Shown here: positions 10,161 through 19,828 of the stretch, piece by piece
Numbering within the stretch: position 1 is the first letter of the stretch
How the letters are laid out: each line of letters opens with the position of its first letter
Source: Dehalococcoidia bacterium
GTDB lineage: Bacteria; Chloroflexota; Dehalococcoidia; Plut-88900
Assembly (NCBI GenBank): GCA_965249275.1
Contig: CBDFLQ010000007.1
Coordinates: 416,001 to 480,000, forward strand
Reading direction: 5' to 3'
Length of the DNA stretch: 64,000 nucleotides
Position numbers and translations under genes: made by a program
The notes under the pieces: generated by a model
The model's input: only the letters and a program-made list of their open reading frames with translations
The model's database searches: none
Told to the model about the DNA's origin: nothing

Positions 10161-10793
10161 ATGTACGTGCCCAAGCTCTATGCCGTAACAGACAAACAAC
10201 GCAGCTACGACTTCATACGGGACAACGGTTTCGGCATTCTATTTTCGCACCAGGGCGCGGGCCCCGTGGCTTCCCACCTGCCCTTCGTCCTTTCCGAGGA
10301 GCCCGACGGTCAAGACTTTCTCCTGGGTCACATGGCAAGGGCAAACGACCACTGGCGTCACGCCGACGGCAATGAGGTCATGGTGGTCTTTCACGGGCCT
10401 CACGCTTACATTTCCCCCACCTGGTACCGGGAATCCGACACCGTCCCTACATGGAACTATGCCGTTGTACACGTATACGGCACCTTCGAGGCACTGCACG
10501 ACAGAGAGGACACCGTGGATGTCGTTCAACAGGTGGTCGACTACTACGAGTCCTTCCTGCCGCAGCCCTGGAAAGCCGACTTCGATTCCCCCTACAACCG
10601 TAAAATGATCAAAGGGGTCACCGCCTTCAGGATCAGGATAGATCGAGTGGTGGGCAAGTGGAAGTTGGGTCAGAACCGTCCAGAATACATCCGACGCCGC
10701 GCCATCGACGCCTTAAGGACTTTCCCCGGCGACTATGAGCGCAACATCGCCGATATGATGGAGTCAGAGATAGACGCCAACGACAAGGGTTAA
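10161..10793 (+). CDS. paiB: PaiB-like FMN-binding protein
   Basis: MYVP start, ASHLPF, GHMARAN, GPHAYISPTWY, VPTWNY, GKWKLGQN. Confidence 0.85.
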   Translation: MYVPKLYAVTDKQRSYDFIRDNGFGILFSHQGAGPVASHLPFVLSEEPDGQDFLLGHMARANDHWRHADGNEVMVVFHGPHAYISPTWYRESDTVPTWNYAVVHVYGTFEALHDREDTVDVVQQVVDYYESFLPQPWKADFDSPYNRKMIKGVTAFRIRIDRVVGKWKLGQNRPEYIRRRAIDALRTFPGDYERNIADMMESEIDANDKG

Positions 10794-10876
10794 GCCCCGA
10801 CTTAAGATCGCCGCTCAGCAGCTACTTAAGCACCACTTCGGATCCTCAGAATATTCTCGCTATTCGGGTTCGTCCC

Positions 10877-11611
10877 TTACAACTTTTCTATAATGTAATC
10901 GTCTGTCAAGTAGGTAATTGTGTTGTAATCGGGACCCGGTGGTTCATCTAACCGCACGTTGTAAGAAATCTTCCAGGGGGCATCTACAATAGTTCCAACC
11001 GCCTCTGAGCGACCCTTCAGGTCGAAGACCTTGGTGTCGGTAGTAAGTCTAACCTTGACCCGATCTCCCAATTGGTATTTCTGTGCCGGTCGTTCACTAA
11101 ATGGCGTAGGAGCAAGTCCGGCTAATTTACACAATACCTCAGTTAACGACCAGAGTAGTTGGCTTCGAGCCCCTTCGTATAGAACCCCCGTACGTTTCTC
11201 AATGGACCGGCCTTCCTGCAACAATTCCGGATGCCACTTCAAGGTCTCAATCTCATGAAACGATGAGATTCGGTCCTTGAAAGTTTCATCGCCCAAGCTA
11301 AACGATCCTTCCGTATTGAGGTGGGCCGCGTCGTTTCTCATTCTTCCGACAATCTTCAGATCTTCCCAAAGATCACTATCTATGAAGTCCAAAGCACGGC
11401 ACATTTCTACTCGTTTACTGTAATCAGACAATGCATGACCGATATCGAAGATTGACAGTTCATCTAAGCACTTCAGCTTAGCTTCCAACACGTTCCTATG
11501 AGCACGATCGATCAGGGCCTGACCGATTATCAGTAATTCAAAGTCTGTGCCGTTACATATAGTCTCGAACGCAGATAGATGGAAGTTCATATCGTATCTT
11601 GACTTTGTCAT
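10877..11611 (-). CDS. Low-GC hypothetical protein: MtlR/HEPN-like N-terminal domain plus C-terminal SH3/KOW-like domain
   Basis: RNDAAH (Rx4H) motif after an MtlR-like helical segment; C-terminal 'YQLGDRVKV...VGTIVD...YNVRLD'; visibly AT-richer than neighbours; alternative TTG start at 11623. Confidence 0.55.
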   Translation of the reverse strand: MTKSRYDMNFHLSAFETICNGTDFELLIIGQALIDRAHRNVLEAKLKCLDELSIFDIGHALSDYSKRVEMCRALDFIDSDLWEDLKIVGRMRNDAAHLNTEGSFSLGDETFKDRISSFHEIETLKWHPELLQEGRSIEKRTGVLYEGARSQLLWSLTEVLCKLAGLAPTPFSERPAQKYQLGDRVKVRLTTDTKVFDLKGRSEAVGTIVDAPWKISYNVRLDEPPGPDYNTITYLTDDYIIEKL

Positions 11612-11629
11612 ATGAACTTCCAAGTAAGC

Positions 11630-12322
11630 CTACGACTCGGCGAAACGGTCCAGGGCTTGTTTGGCGGCTCTCCGTTGCGCTACCCGCTTGGATGTCCCCG
11701 TGCCCCTGCCCATTGAACGCCCACCGATGATCACCTTAGTGGCGAAAATCGGGTCACCGGTCTCTGACAACTGCTGTGTCGTCTCGTACCGGGGCTGGAC
11801 TTGAAGCCGCGCCTGGGTGAGCTCCTGAAGACGCGACTTATAGTCGGTCTCTCCGCCACCGTCGGATACGGTTTTAATCCTGGCCTTAAGCGCCTGGACG
11901 ACGAAACTGCGAGCCGCATCCAGACCGGCATCCAGCCAGACAGCGCCTATTATCGCTTCCAGGGCCCCTGCCAGGTTGCGCCGCTTAGTCCTCCCCCCCG
12001 ACTTCTCCTCCCCCCGCCCCAGCCGCAAATGCTTGCCGAGGTCCATCGCTTCCGCTGCCGAGGCCAGGGCCTGGGTCGAGACCAACTGGGCGCGCAGGAC
12101 CGTCATTTCACCTTCGGTGAGTTGCGGCCATTGTCCATACAGATCATCAGCAATTATGAACCCGAGGACGGAATCGCCCAGGAATTCCAAACGTTCGTTG
12201 GATTCCTGGGTGGCTTCCGGGTGCTCGTGTATGTAGGACGAGTGGGTCAGGGCCTGGACCAGCAGGTACTCATCGGCCAATGCCACTACTATGTCTGGTT
12301 CGACACCGTTGTTCGGGGACAT
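11630..12322 (-). CDS. rnc: Ribonuclease III
   Basis: ALTHSS, NERLEFLGDSVL signature, C-terminal dsRBD (DYKSRLQE...GTGTSKRVAQ). Confidence 0.97.
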   Translation of the reverse strand: MSPNNGVEPDIVVALADEYLLVQALTHSSYIHEHPEATQESNERLEFLGDSVLGFIIADDLYGQWPQLTEGEMTVLRAQLVSTQALASAAEAMDLGKHLRLGRGEEKSGGRTKRRNLAGALEAIIGAVWLDAGLDAARSFVVQALKARIKTVSDGGGETDYKSRLQELTQARLQVQPRYETTQQLSETGDPIFATKVIIGGRSMGRGTGTSKRVAQRRAAKQALDRFAES

Positions 12323-12339
12323 ATTCTTCGGGTGGTGGG

Positions 12340-12960
12340 TTAGTCCCCGGGAGGAGTTGGACGCTTGATTTCCTGGAGGTTGGGCACGCCGTTGACAACG
12401 CCGAGCACGCTTTCAAACACCTCTCGGGCCTGCTCAGCCGGCGGGGGAGGCATCATCTTGACGAAAGCCGAGGCGCCAGTGTCGGTGAACATGGTGGGAA
12501 CACCGAAGACGCCGTAGTTGGCCTTGGCTTCCTCGTAGTCGGAGGCAATGGTCTTCAGGGCCTGGGGGTCGTTGATGTCCTCGAGGAACTTGTCGATGTC
12601 CAGCCCAGCGTCCTTCGCCACGGCCGTCAGGATTTCTAGCTTGTCTATAGCCTTCCGTTCCATGTGACGGGCATTGAGTAGGGCCACGTGGAACTTTCCG
12701 AATTTCTCGGCGCCCTGCTTCTTGGCGGCTTCTCCGGCCTTCAGGGCAAGGAGACCTTTGCTGGGGTAGGACTCATCCTGTTCCCACAATTTCCAGTCGG
12801 GGCCTTCCTTGGAGTTAACCTGCTCCAACGGGAAATTCTTCCACGTTATGTTGAGATCGTCTCCGTACGCCTTCTTTACGTCTTGCAGCCAAACTGCCGC
12901 AACCCGAACGTAGGGTCAGAGATAGTCGTAGAACACCGTGAGATTAACTTTTTCAGACAT
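12340..12960 (-). CDS. DsbA/Rv2466c-like thioredoxin-fold protein with in-frame UGA (probable selenocysteine at codon 15)
   Basis: ATG at 12960 with SD-like AAAGGTGG reads MSEKVNLTVFYDYL-TGA-PYVRVAAVWL..., in frame with ORF 12340..12828; GVPT cis-Pro motif; SECIS-like hairpin after the UGA. Confidence 0.8.
12877..12912 (-). promoter_or_regulatory. Putative bacterial SECIS element
   Basis: TACGTT/GACGTA lower stem, CGGG bulge, TTGCGGC/GCTGCAA upper stem, G-containing loop AGTTTG about 20 nt 3' of the UGA (12916-12918). Confidence 0.6.
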
Positions 12961-13030
12961 GACGCCCCACCTTTCAGACTAGAATCAAGACCATTTTAAC
13001 ATCCGGCCACCCTATAATACACCCCAGATC

Positions 13031-14275
13031 ATGGACTACCTGAAGGCACTGCAATACCGGACCAGCCCCGACCTCTGGACCCTCATCACGCGCCTCGCCG
13101 TTCTGGCTGCGGACCGAGCGAGCCCCCTCTACATCGTCGGCGGCCGAGTCCGGGACCTCCTCCTTGAACGTCCCGCCTCGGACTTAGACCTGGTCGTCGA
13201 AGGCGATGCTCCGGAACTCGTGCGCGCCCTGGCCTTCGACCAGGGCGGTGAGGCCGTCGTGCACCCGAGATTTGGCACGGCTACCTACCGTAACGGCACA
13301 CTGCGATTCGACCTGGCCACCGCCCGCACCGAAACCTACCCGCGACCCGGCGTCCTACCCGACATCCGCCCCGGCCCCATAGAAGAGGACTTGGTGCGTC
13401 GGGACTTCACCGTCAACGCCATGGCCCTGCGCCTCAGCCCCCCCGATGCGGGAACGCTCCTGGACAGGTTTGGAAGTAGGCAGGACGTGGAAGACAGCCT
13501 GATCCGCGTCCTCCACCTTGGCAGCTTTGTAGACGACCCGACACGCATAATGCGCGCCATCAGATATGAACAGCGGCTCGGGTTCCAGATCGAATCCTCC
13601 ACCCTCGCCCTCCTGTCGAGGGACCTCCACCTGCTCCCGTCCGTCGGTGTCGACCGACTTCGCCGAGAGCTCGATCTATTCCTCATGGAACCCACCCCCG
13701 AGCTTCCTCTCCTGCGCGCCAACTCCCTCGGCGTTCTCCGCACCATCGATCCCGCCCTGCAGCCCGATGCCAGTCTCTCAGAGGTTTTTCAGTCGGCCCG
13801 CCGTCAGCTGGAGCAGGTTGAGCCCGCCATTTATGTCGCACTGCTCCTCTACCCAATCGAAACTGGTGAGGCCATGCAATTCCTTGACCGATACCGCTTT
13901 CCCAAGGAGTCGATTGGGGTGGTGAAGAGCACACTGACCCTGAGGGACTCGGAGGCAGGAATCTCGGTAGAGGGACTCAGGGACAGCCAGGTGTACGCTC
14001 ACTTCAAGGGATTCGACAGCGACTCCGTTAGTGCTTTTGGAATCGCTGCCGAGCATGAAATTGCCAGGGCCCGGGCCGCCGACTACCTCTCCCGGCTCGC
14101 CGACGTTCGGCCCGAGCTCACCGGCAAAGACCTGATCAACTTGGGCGTGCCTCGCGGTCCTAAGATAGGTCAGGTTCTGAATCGGCTGCTTGATGCTCGG
14201 CTGGACGGCCTGGCAGCTTCCAAGGAGGATGAGACCACCCTGGTCAAGAATTGGTTGACGGGGGAGAGGCGCTAG
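13031..14275 (+). CDS. CCA-adding / poly(A) polymerase family tRNA nucleotidyltransferase
   Basis: YIVGGRVRD, DLDLVV, ATARTETY, EDLVRRDFTVNAMA, DDPTRIMRAIRY. Confidence 0.9.
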   Translation: MDYLKALQYRTSPDLWTLITRLAVLAADRASPLYIVGGRVRDLLLERPASDLDLVVEGDAPELVRALAFDQGGEAVVHPRFGTATYRNGTLRFDLATARTETYPRPGVLPDIRPGPIEEDLVRRDFTVNAMALRLSPPDAGTLLDRFGSRQDVEDSLIRVLHLGSFVDDPTRIMRAIRYEQRLGFQIESSTLALLSRDLHLLPSVGVDRLRRELDLFLMEPTPELPLLRANSLGVLRTIDPALQPDASLSEVFQSARRQLEQVEPAIYVALLLYPIETGEAMQFLDRYRFPKESIGVVKSTLTLRDSEAGISVEGLRDSQVYAHFKGFDSDSVSAFGIAAEHEIARARAADYLSRLADVRPELTGKDLINLGVPRGPKIGQVLNRLLDARLDGLAASKEDETTLVKNWLTGERR

Positions 14276-15119
14276 CTGACTTCTTCTCCAGCCTGCGCCC
14301 TTGGAAGAGGTACTGCTGGGCGTACCCCGCGTGCACCCCAAAATAGTCCAGGGCCCAGGTCCGGATCGCATCGTAAGAAGGGTTCTCTCCCACCGAATAC
14401 CACTCCTCCACTGCCCTCCTGACCCACCTGTCTATGGGAAAAGAGTCCAGCTTTTCCAGGGAGAATAGCAATACGCAGTCGGCGACCTTGTCCCCCACCC
14501 CGAACAGCGTCATCAGGTCCTTCTTTGCGTCATCGTAGTTGAGTTCCCGCAAGCCCTCCAGGTCGTAGACACCCCGACCGATCCGATCAGCAGTTTCGGC
14601 CAAGTACGGCGCTCTGAACCCCATTCCCATCAGCCTCAGGCCCGTCTCACCGAGTTCCATCACTTTCTCGGGGCCCGGGAAGGAGAACCGGACGTGGCCG
14701 TCCATCTCCAGTCGGTCCCCCATCTTGCCGCACAGCGACTCTATTGACTGGCTTATCCGGGGGATGTTCGAGGATATGGAGCAGATGAAGGAGACCAGGC
14801 ACTCCCACGGCTCCTGCCTCAGAAGCCGCAGCCCGAAGTACTGGGCGATAGCGTGGCGCATCCTGTCGTCTCGCCCTATGACCCGGTAGATCTCCGGCAG
14901 ATCATCGTCCAGTCTCAAATAGTAGGCCAGCCGGTTGACGATCTCCTCTTCGGGCAAAGGATAGCTGTTGAACTCGACGCCCAGGAGCGTCTGTCGAATC
15001 TTCAGGATGTTGCCGTAAATGACCCCGTAGTACCAATCGCCCTCGCGCCTCCACCTGAAGGCTTGACCGCACTCCAGCGTGTGGGTGAGATTGAATGGCT
15101 GGTCGATGGGGATCAGCAT
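14244..15119 (-). CDS. 8-oxoguanine DNA glycosylase (Ogg1-like, HhH-GPD)
   Basis: TLECGQAFRW, GLRLLRQEPWECLVSFICS, GVGDKVADCVLLF, FPID, AGYAQQYLF; start at 15119 preferred; 32-bp convergent overlap with the nucleotidyltransferase gene. Confidence 0.88.
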   Translation of the reverse strand: MLIPIDQPFNLTHTLECGQAFRWRREGDWYYGVIYGNILKIRQTLLGVEFNSYPLPEEEIVNRLAYYLRLDDDLPEIYRVIGRDDRMRHAIAQYFGLRLLRQEPWECLVSFICSISSNIPRISQSIESLCGKMGDRLEMDGHVRFSFPGPEKVMELGETGLRLMGMGFRAPYLAETADRIGRGVYDLEGLRELNYDDAKKDLMTLFGVGDKVADCVLLFSLEKLDSFPIDRWVRRAVEEWYSVGENPSYDAIRTWALDYFGVHAGYAQQYLFQGRRLEKKSASASPPSTNS

Positions 15120-15173
15120 AAGGTGGAATTGTTGGGCCTTCCCGACCGTCCCCACCCCCGACCCCTCCCCAGG

Positions 15174-15851
15174 CTAGACGGGGTTGTAGATGGAAAGGGA
15201 CCCTTGCCTGAGCCCCGTGCCCGGACGGTAACGCCCCGCCCTGAGCTCGACGAGAAGGTCCTCGTCGGTGTGAATGTCCCGTTCGAAGACCGTCACGTTG
15301 CACCCAACTCCGTGATGGGAGTGGGCATCGCTACCTGCAGTGCAAGGCTTGCCCAGCATCTGGGCGACTCGGTAGGCGGTCTCGTTCTCTCTCTCGTTGT
15401 TACCGCCATTGAGCGCCTCGATTGCATCAACATATTCGAAGACGCTGTGGCGGCTCTTCCCTTCCAGAGACTCGGGCTTGGTGCCGTTGGGCCAAAGCAG
15501 GCTGCCTCGGTGGTCGTAGAAGCGGCGGAACGGGTGCATCGATACCATGTACCCACCGACCTCGTTGATCACCTCCCGCAGCTTGGCAACTTTGTGCATT
15601 CCGCTCACATAGTGGTGCAGACCGAAAGAGCCGATGTGCCCCATTTCGGTTTCGACTTCCAGAGCGTGAAAAACCACGATCTCCTGCGTGGCTGCGAATT
15701 CACGGAACTTAGACCATTCCCAGTTCGCACCATGCTCCGTGAAGCAGATCCCGTCCAGCCCCTGCTTTTTCGCCTCAAGGACCAGGTCCTGAGGTGAAAT
15801 GCTGCTGTCGCTTCCCCCGATCATCGTATGGGAATGTAGGTCTACAAGCAC
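15174..15851 (-). CDS. PHP-domain metal-dependent phosphoesterase
   Basis: DLHSHT, FTEH, HP, AGSDAH metal-ligand motifs. Confidence 0.85.
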   Translation of the reverse strand: MLVDLHSHTMIGGSDSSISPQDLVLEAKKQGLDGICFTEHGANWEWSKFREFAATQEIVVFHALEVETEMGHIGSFGLHHYVSGMHKVAKLREVINEVGGYMVSMHPFRRFYDHRGSLLWPNGTKPESLEGKSRHSVFEYVDAIEALNGGNNERENETAYRVAQMLGKPCTAGSDAHSHHGVGCNVTVFERDIHTDEDLLVELRAGRYRPGTGLRQGSLSIYNPV

Positions 15852-15943
15852 TTGGGCAGTTTTCTCAAATCCTCGCGCCCTGGCTCGGACGCAAACTGTG
15901 AATTATGGAACAAAGCCGCAGTCATTTTATCAGCCCGCCACGT

Positions 15944-16375
15944 TCACGACAACAGAAGCGGCATCAACCAGCCAAACATCCCCGCAAAGGCCAGGCCCAG
16001 TATGTACCCGTCTCGCCAGATCCATTTACGCGTCCACAAAGCCCCGAGCACGACTGCATTCAGAGTGAATGCACAAATCCCGATGGAAAAGGCCATGTTG
16101 GGACTACCTATCCCCGAGCCCGGTACCAACGCCTCCGCCCCGATGTACAGCGCCCCTATCATCCCACCCCCTAGTCCCCACGCTCCCATTACCACCAGCG
16201 GAAGCAGCGCCGAGGCCGGGATGGTGCCCGGCACCTTGCTCAAGGAACCGAACAAGGCGCTGGGTTTGTGGCCCGGCGCCGTGATGTTGATCGCCCAGAG
16301 CATGGTGAACAGGGTGCCGATGAAGAACCCGCACGCTGTGCCAATCAGTAAGGCCACGGTGTCAGCACGCCTCAC
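15944..16375 (-). CDS. Hypothetical membrane protein (about 4 TM)
   Basis: Hydrophobic segments; GTGA overlap with the ispE stop. Confidence 0.65.
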   Translation of the reverse strand: MRRADTVALLIGTACGFFIGTLFTMLWAINITAPGHKPSALFGSLSKVPGTIPASALLPLVVMGAWGLGGGMIGALYIGAEALVPGSGIGSPNMAFSIGICAFTLNAVVLGALWTRKWIWRDGYILGLAFAGMFGWLMPLLLS

Positions 16376-17265
16376 TCATCTATCGATATTAGGGGCCCTT
16401 CACCCGGAGCCAAGGTCCTGACCAGGCGAGAGTCCAGTCCCTTTGCGTCGCATTCTCTGACAACCCTCTCACCCTCATAAGGCCCGTCAACCCGACAAAA
16501 CAGCGTTGGGCCCGCCCCCGAAAGATGGACCGGCCCGCCGGATGCCTCCTCCAGAATCGACCAGGACCCGTCGATGCCCGGGAAGATCTGATCAGCGACT
16601 CTATCGAAGACGTTGAAGAATGAGTCGTGACTTATTTCGGCGCCGGCCTCTATTCGTTTCACCAGATCGGCGGTCCTGCGGCCATCGGTGTGGTCGGTGT
16701 GGCTCAAGGTCTTGTAGGCGGTGGCGGTCTTGTTTTCGAGTCGATGGTCCGGGAAAGCGAGCACGAGCCAAAGGGTCGGAGGCGTCTTTACATTCGACAC
16801 CCGTTCTCCCCTCCCTTCCACCAAGGCTGTCCCCCCAGTTAAGAAAAACGGCACGTCCGACCCCAGTTGTGCCGCCAACTCTTTCAGTTCTTCTTCACCA
16901 AGCCCGAGGCTCCATAAACGGTCGAGACCCAGGAGAGTGGCCGCCGCGTCGCTGCTTCCGCCGCCCAGCCCCGCCGCCAAGGGAATCTGCTTATCGAGAT
17001 GGATCTCCGCCCCCGCCGAAACTCCCGAAGTCTCCCTGAGCAGCATGCCCGCTCGATAGACCAGGTTGTCCTGCGTCCCCAAGGCTTCTATTTCAGCCAA
17101 CACCTTGATTTCGTCAGAGGGGAGAAAGGTGAGCGTGTCGAAGAGGCTGATTGCTTGCATCACCGACGCAATTTCGTGGTAGCCGTCCGGCCGTTTGCCC
17201 AACACTTCAAGTGTCAGGTTTACCTTTGCCGGAGCCTGAACAGTAACCTTCGCCACTCCCGTCAC
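16372..17265 (-). CDS. ispE: 4-diphosphocytidyl-2-C-methyl-D-erythritol kinase
   Basis: APAKVNL, DGYHE, IPLAAGLGGGSSDAA, GSDVPFF, LSGAG; GTG start overlapping the rsmA stop. Confidence 0.95.
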   Translation of the reverse strand: MTGVAKVTVQAPAKVNLTLEVLGKRPDGYHEIASVMQAISLFDTLTFLPSDEIKVLAEIEALGTQDNLVYRAGMLLRETSGVSAGAEIHLDKQIPLAAGLGGGSSDAAATLLGLDRLWSLGLGEEELKELAAQLGSDVPFFLTGGTALVEGRGERVSNVKTPPTLWLVLAFPDHRLENKTATAYKTLSHTDHTDGRRTADLVKRIEAGAEISHDSFFNVFDRVADQIFPGIDGSWSILEEASGGPVHLSGAGPTLFCRVDGPYEGERVVRECDAKGLDSRLVRTLAPGEGPLISIDE

Positions 17266-18104
17266 CCCAACTCCTCCGACAATCTGTCCCACTCTTCAAT
17301 CGTGAGTGTCGAGGGTCTTCTTCGTCCATTGATGCCCACCCGCTCCAAGGCATCTTTCACGAAATCGCCCTCAGCATTCAGTCCTTTGACCAGGGAGTTA
17401 TGCAGCTGCTTCCTCGGGGCCCGGAACCCGGCTTTTGCAACTCTGAAGAAGCGGTCCGGGTCCGACACCAAAGGCTCGGGGTGAACGTCGATAGCCACCA
17501 CCACCGAGTCCACTTTCGGTTTGGGATGAAACTTGCCAGCCGGAATGTGTGCCACTATTCTCGGGGCGCCGTACACCTGCACAGCCAGGCTCAGCAGGCC
17601 TATCTTCCCGGGCTCCGCGACCATGCTTTCCCCGACCTCCCGCTGCACGGTAACTACCATCTTCACGGGCTTGTGGTCGGATTCCAGGAAGTGCCGGATT
17701 ATGGGCGAGGCGACGTAGTACGGCAGGTTCCCGGCAACCTTGTAACTGCCATCCTCACCCACCAGATCGCTCCCGTGCTCCCTGAGCAACTGCTCGGGTG
17801 TAAAGTCCCGGACATCGCCTAGTACAGTCCGTACGTTTGGGAATTCAGTCAACTCGGTCTGGAGGAGGGAGGCAAGGTGAGAGTCGATCTCTACGGCGAT
17901 GACCCGACCAAACCTCCGGGCCAAGGCTCTAGTCAGGACTCCCGTGCCCGGCCCGACCTCTATGACTACTTCGTCGGGGCTCGGGTCTGCGGCGTCTACG
18001 ATTTCCTCGATTATTGCCGCGTCTTTGAGAAAATGTTGGCCCAGGGACTTTTTTGCCCGCACACCGGTCACTTGAGCCCGTTTTCCCATCGCAGAAACCG
18101 ACAT
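17262..18104 (-). CDS. rsmA: 16S rRNA adenine dimethyltransferase KsgA/RsmA
   Basis: KKSLGQHFL, EVGPGTGVLT, GNLPYY, PKPKVDS. Confidence 0.95.
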   Translation of the reverse strand: MSVSAMGKRAQVTGVRAKKSLGQHFLKDAAIIEEIVDAADPSPDEVVIEVGPGTGVLTRALARRFGRVIAVEIDSHLASLLQTELTEFPNVRTVLGDVRDFTPEQLLREHGSDLVGEDGSYKVAGNLPYYVASPIIRHFLESDHKPVKMVVTVQREVGESMVAEPGKIGLLSLAVQVYGAPRIVAHIPAGKFHPKPKVDSVVVAIDVHPEPLVSDPDRFFRVAKAGFRAPRKQLHNSLVKGLNAEGDFVKDALERVGINGRRRPSTLTIEEWDRLSEELG

Positions 18105-18189
18105 GGCCTCACACTATACCGAAGCCAAGCCACTGTCTAATCAATCGTTGATGGTGAGCCCGAAAAATGGGAATGGGAGGGTGTCAACT

Positions 18190-18630
18190 CTACAAGTTCA
18201 GCGGAAGTACGCCCAACTGCTTGTAGATGTTCACGTTGTCCCGGTAAGCGCGGAGGGCCCGGAGCTTGCCATCCTTGAACTCGGCGATCTCCATGAACGT
18301 CCAGCCGACGCTCTTGCCGGTGCCCGGGATGCCCTTGAAGTCTCCCTGGTGAGTACCGGTCACCGTGGCCTCGGCGGCAGCCCAGTTCCCGGACGCTATT
18401 ATCATTTTCCCCGTAATCTGTGAGTCCGGGAATGCCTTCCACCATTCTTTCAGCGCCGCCACGAACAGGTCCCTGCCCTCCACGGGCGACGGTTTGGAAG
18501 CATCGTGGAACTGGAAGTCATCGGAGCAGAAGGCGCGGAATTTTGCGGGATCGTGGCTGTTAAAGCAGACGAAAACGTTTTCCAGAAGGGCTACGGTCTC
18601 AGCATCTCCGACAGACGGTACGTTACTCAA
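18190..18630 (-). CDS. SnoaL-like ester cyclase family protein
   Basis: AFPD, GTHQGDFKGIPGTGK, EFKDGKL, KQLG motifs; SD GGAGA before TTG. Confidence 0.8.
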   Translation of the reverse strand: MSNVPSVGDAETVALLENVFVCFNSHDPAKFRAFCSDDFQFHDASKPSPVEGRDLFVAALKEWWKAFPDSQITGKMIIASGNWAAAEATVTGTHQGDFKGIPGTGKSVGWTFMEIAEFKDGKLRALRAYRDNVNIYKQLGVLPLNL

Positions 18631-18656
18631 GGTTATCTCCGTTCATTTAGGCAGGG

Positions 18657-19496
18657 CTACATGCCCAGCACTTTCTTGGCATTCTCCAGCATAATCAAGG
18701 GTCGGGCTTCATCCCAGAAGGGCGCTCCCTCGAAGTCCCGGACCCATCGCTCGGGGGTGAGGGCCGGGTAGTCCGACCCGAACAATACCTTGTGCTTTAT
18801 CAGTGTGCTGGCATACTGGATGAGAAGCGGGTTGAAGTACTTGGGTGACCAACCTGAGATGTCCATATATACGTTCGGTTTGTGCACCAGCACCGCCAAC
18901 TGCTCCTCCACCCAGGGGAAAGCCTGGTGGGCCATTACTATGGTCAACTCCGGCAAGTCGGCGGCTACGTCGTCGATGTATGGAATGGGCTTGGTGTATT
19001 TCAGGTGGACGCCCCCGCCCCCCGGCAGCCCAGCCCCGACTCCCGTGGTCCCGGTATGAAACATGGCTATCATACCCAACTCAGCAATTTTTTCGTAAAT
19101 CGGGTAGAACCTGCGGTCGTTGGGGTAGAACTCCTGGGTCATGGGTATGAACTTGATGCCCTTCATGCCCAGTTCCTTGCCCGCCCGCTCGACTTCCTTT
19201 ACCGCAAGCTTGCCCATCCACGGGTCGACCGATCCGAACCCGATGAATGTATCGGGGTATCGCCGGCTGATCGATGCAACCCAGTCGTTACTGTCCCATG
19301 CGTCACCCTGGGCTGTGCGGTCGTCGTTGGCCAGGACCACGGCCATGTAGTCCAGCTCCTTGTACTTGGCCGCCAGCTCTTCGAGCGTAAGCTCCGGGGG
19401 CGACTTGAAATACGTGGCCATTGCCGTGTGGAACCGAGTCGGCGGCGTCCCGGGCTCCTTGGGGGGATGGATGTGGAAGTCTATAGCTTTGGGCAC
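18657..19496 (-). CDS. Amidohydrolase_2 family protein
   Basis: IDFHIH, FHTGTTGVGAGLPGGGG, MAH, DISGWSPKYF, LFGSDYP. Confidence 0.88.
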   Translation of the reverse strand: MPKAIDFHIHPPKEPGTPPTRFHTAMATYFKSPPELTLEELAAKYKELDYMAVVLANDDRTAQGDAWDSNDWVASISRRYPDTFIGFGSVDPWMGKLAVKEVERAGKELGMKGIKFIPMTQEFYPNDRRFYPIYEKIAELGMIAMFHTGTTGVGAGLPGGGGVHLKYTKPIPYIDDVAADLPELTIVMAHQAFPWVEEQLAVLVHKPNVYMDISGWSPKYFNPLLIQYASTLIKHKVLFGSDYPALTPERWVRDFEGAPFWDEARPLIMLENAKKVLGM

Positions 19497-19523
19497 GGGC
19501 GGCCTCCTGGGGAGAAATTTAGA

Positions 19524-19790
19524 TCGTGCACCCCCCGTCGATCGAGTCCCCTCGGCCTGTTGTCCGCCGCCGAGCTCGGACCAGGCTACCCTACGGCACC
19601 CAGAATTGACCGCTTACCGTTGCTTCCTTCCGGACCTGGCGGGGTTCACAGTTTTCTGCCGCGTAGGACCCAATCTTCAGCGCCCGCCGAACGGGTACAG
19701 CGTCCAAAGGTCCAGGACCTCTAGGGGGAATTCAGTCCCGCTATAGCGGATTGCGGGTTCAGGGCACCGCTAGCTCCCCACCTAGCACGA
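19524..19790 (-). ncRNA. ffs: Large (Alu-domain, Bacillus-type) SRP RNA
   Basis: Minus strand GTGCTAGGTGGGGAGCTAGCGGTGCCCTGAACCCGCAATCCGCTATAGCGGG... and helix 8 GCCAGGTCCGGAAGGAAGCAACGGT; complementary ends GATCGTGC/GCACGATC. Confidence 0.92.
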
Positions 19791-19799
19791 TCTGGATAC

Positions 19800-19828
19800 A
19801 TGTTATTTGACCCCCATTCCGGTGTCAA
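19800..19828 (-). promoter_or_regulatory. sigma70 promoter of SRP RNA
   Basis: TTGACA-N17-TAACAT about 7-10 nt upstream of the RNA 5' end. Confidence 0.65.

Noticed and set aside
19524-19790. RNase P RNA
   Set aside because: Lacks the GAGGAAAGTCC P4 signature; carries SRP helix-8 and Alu motifs instead
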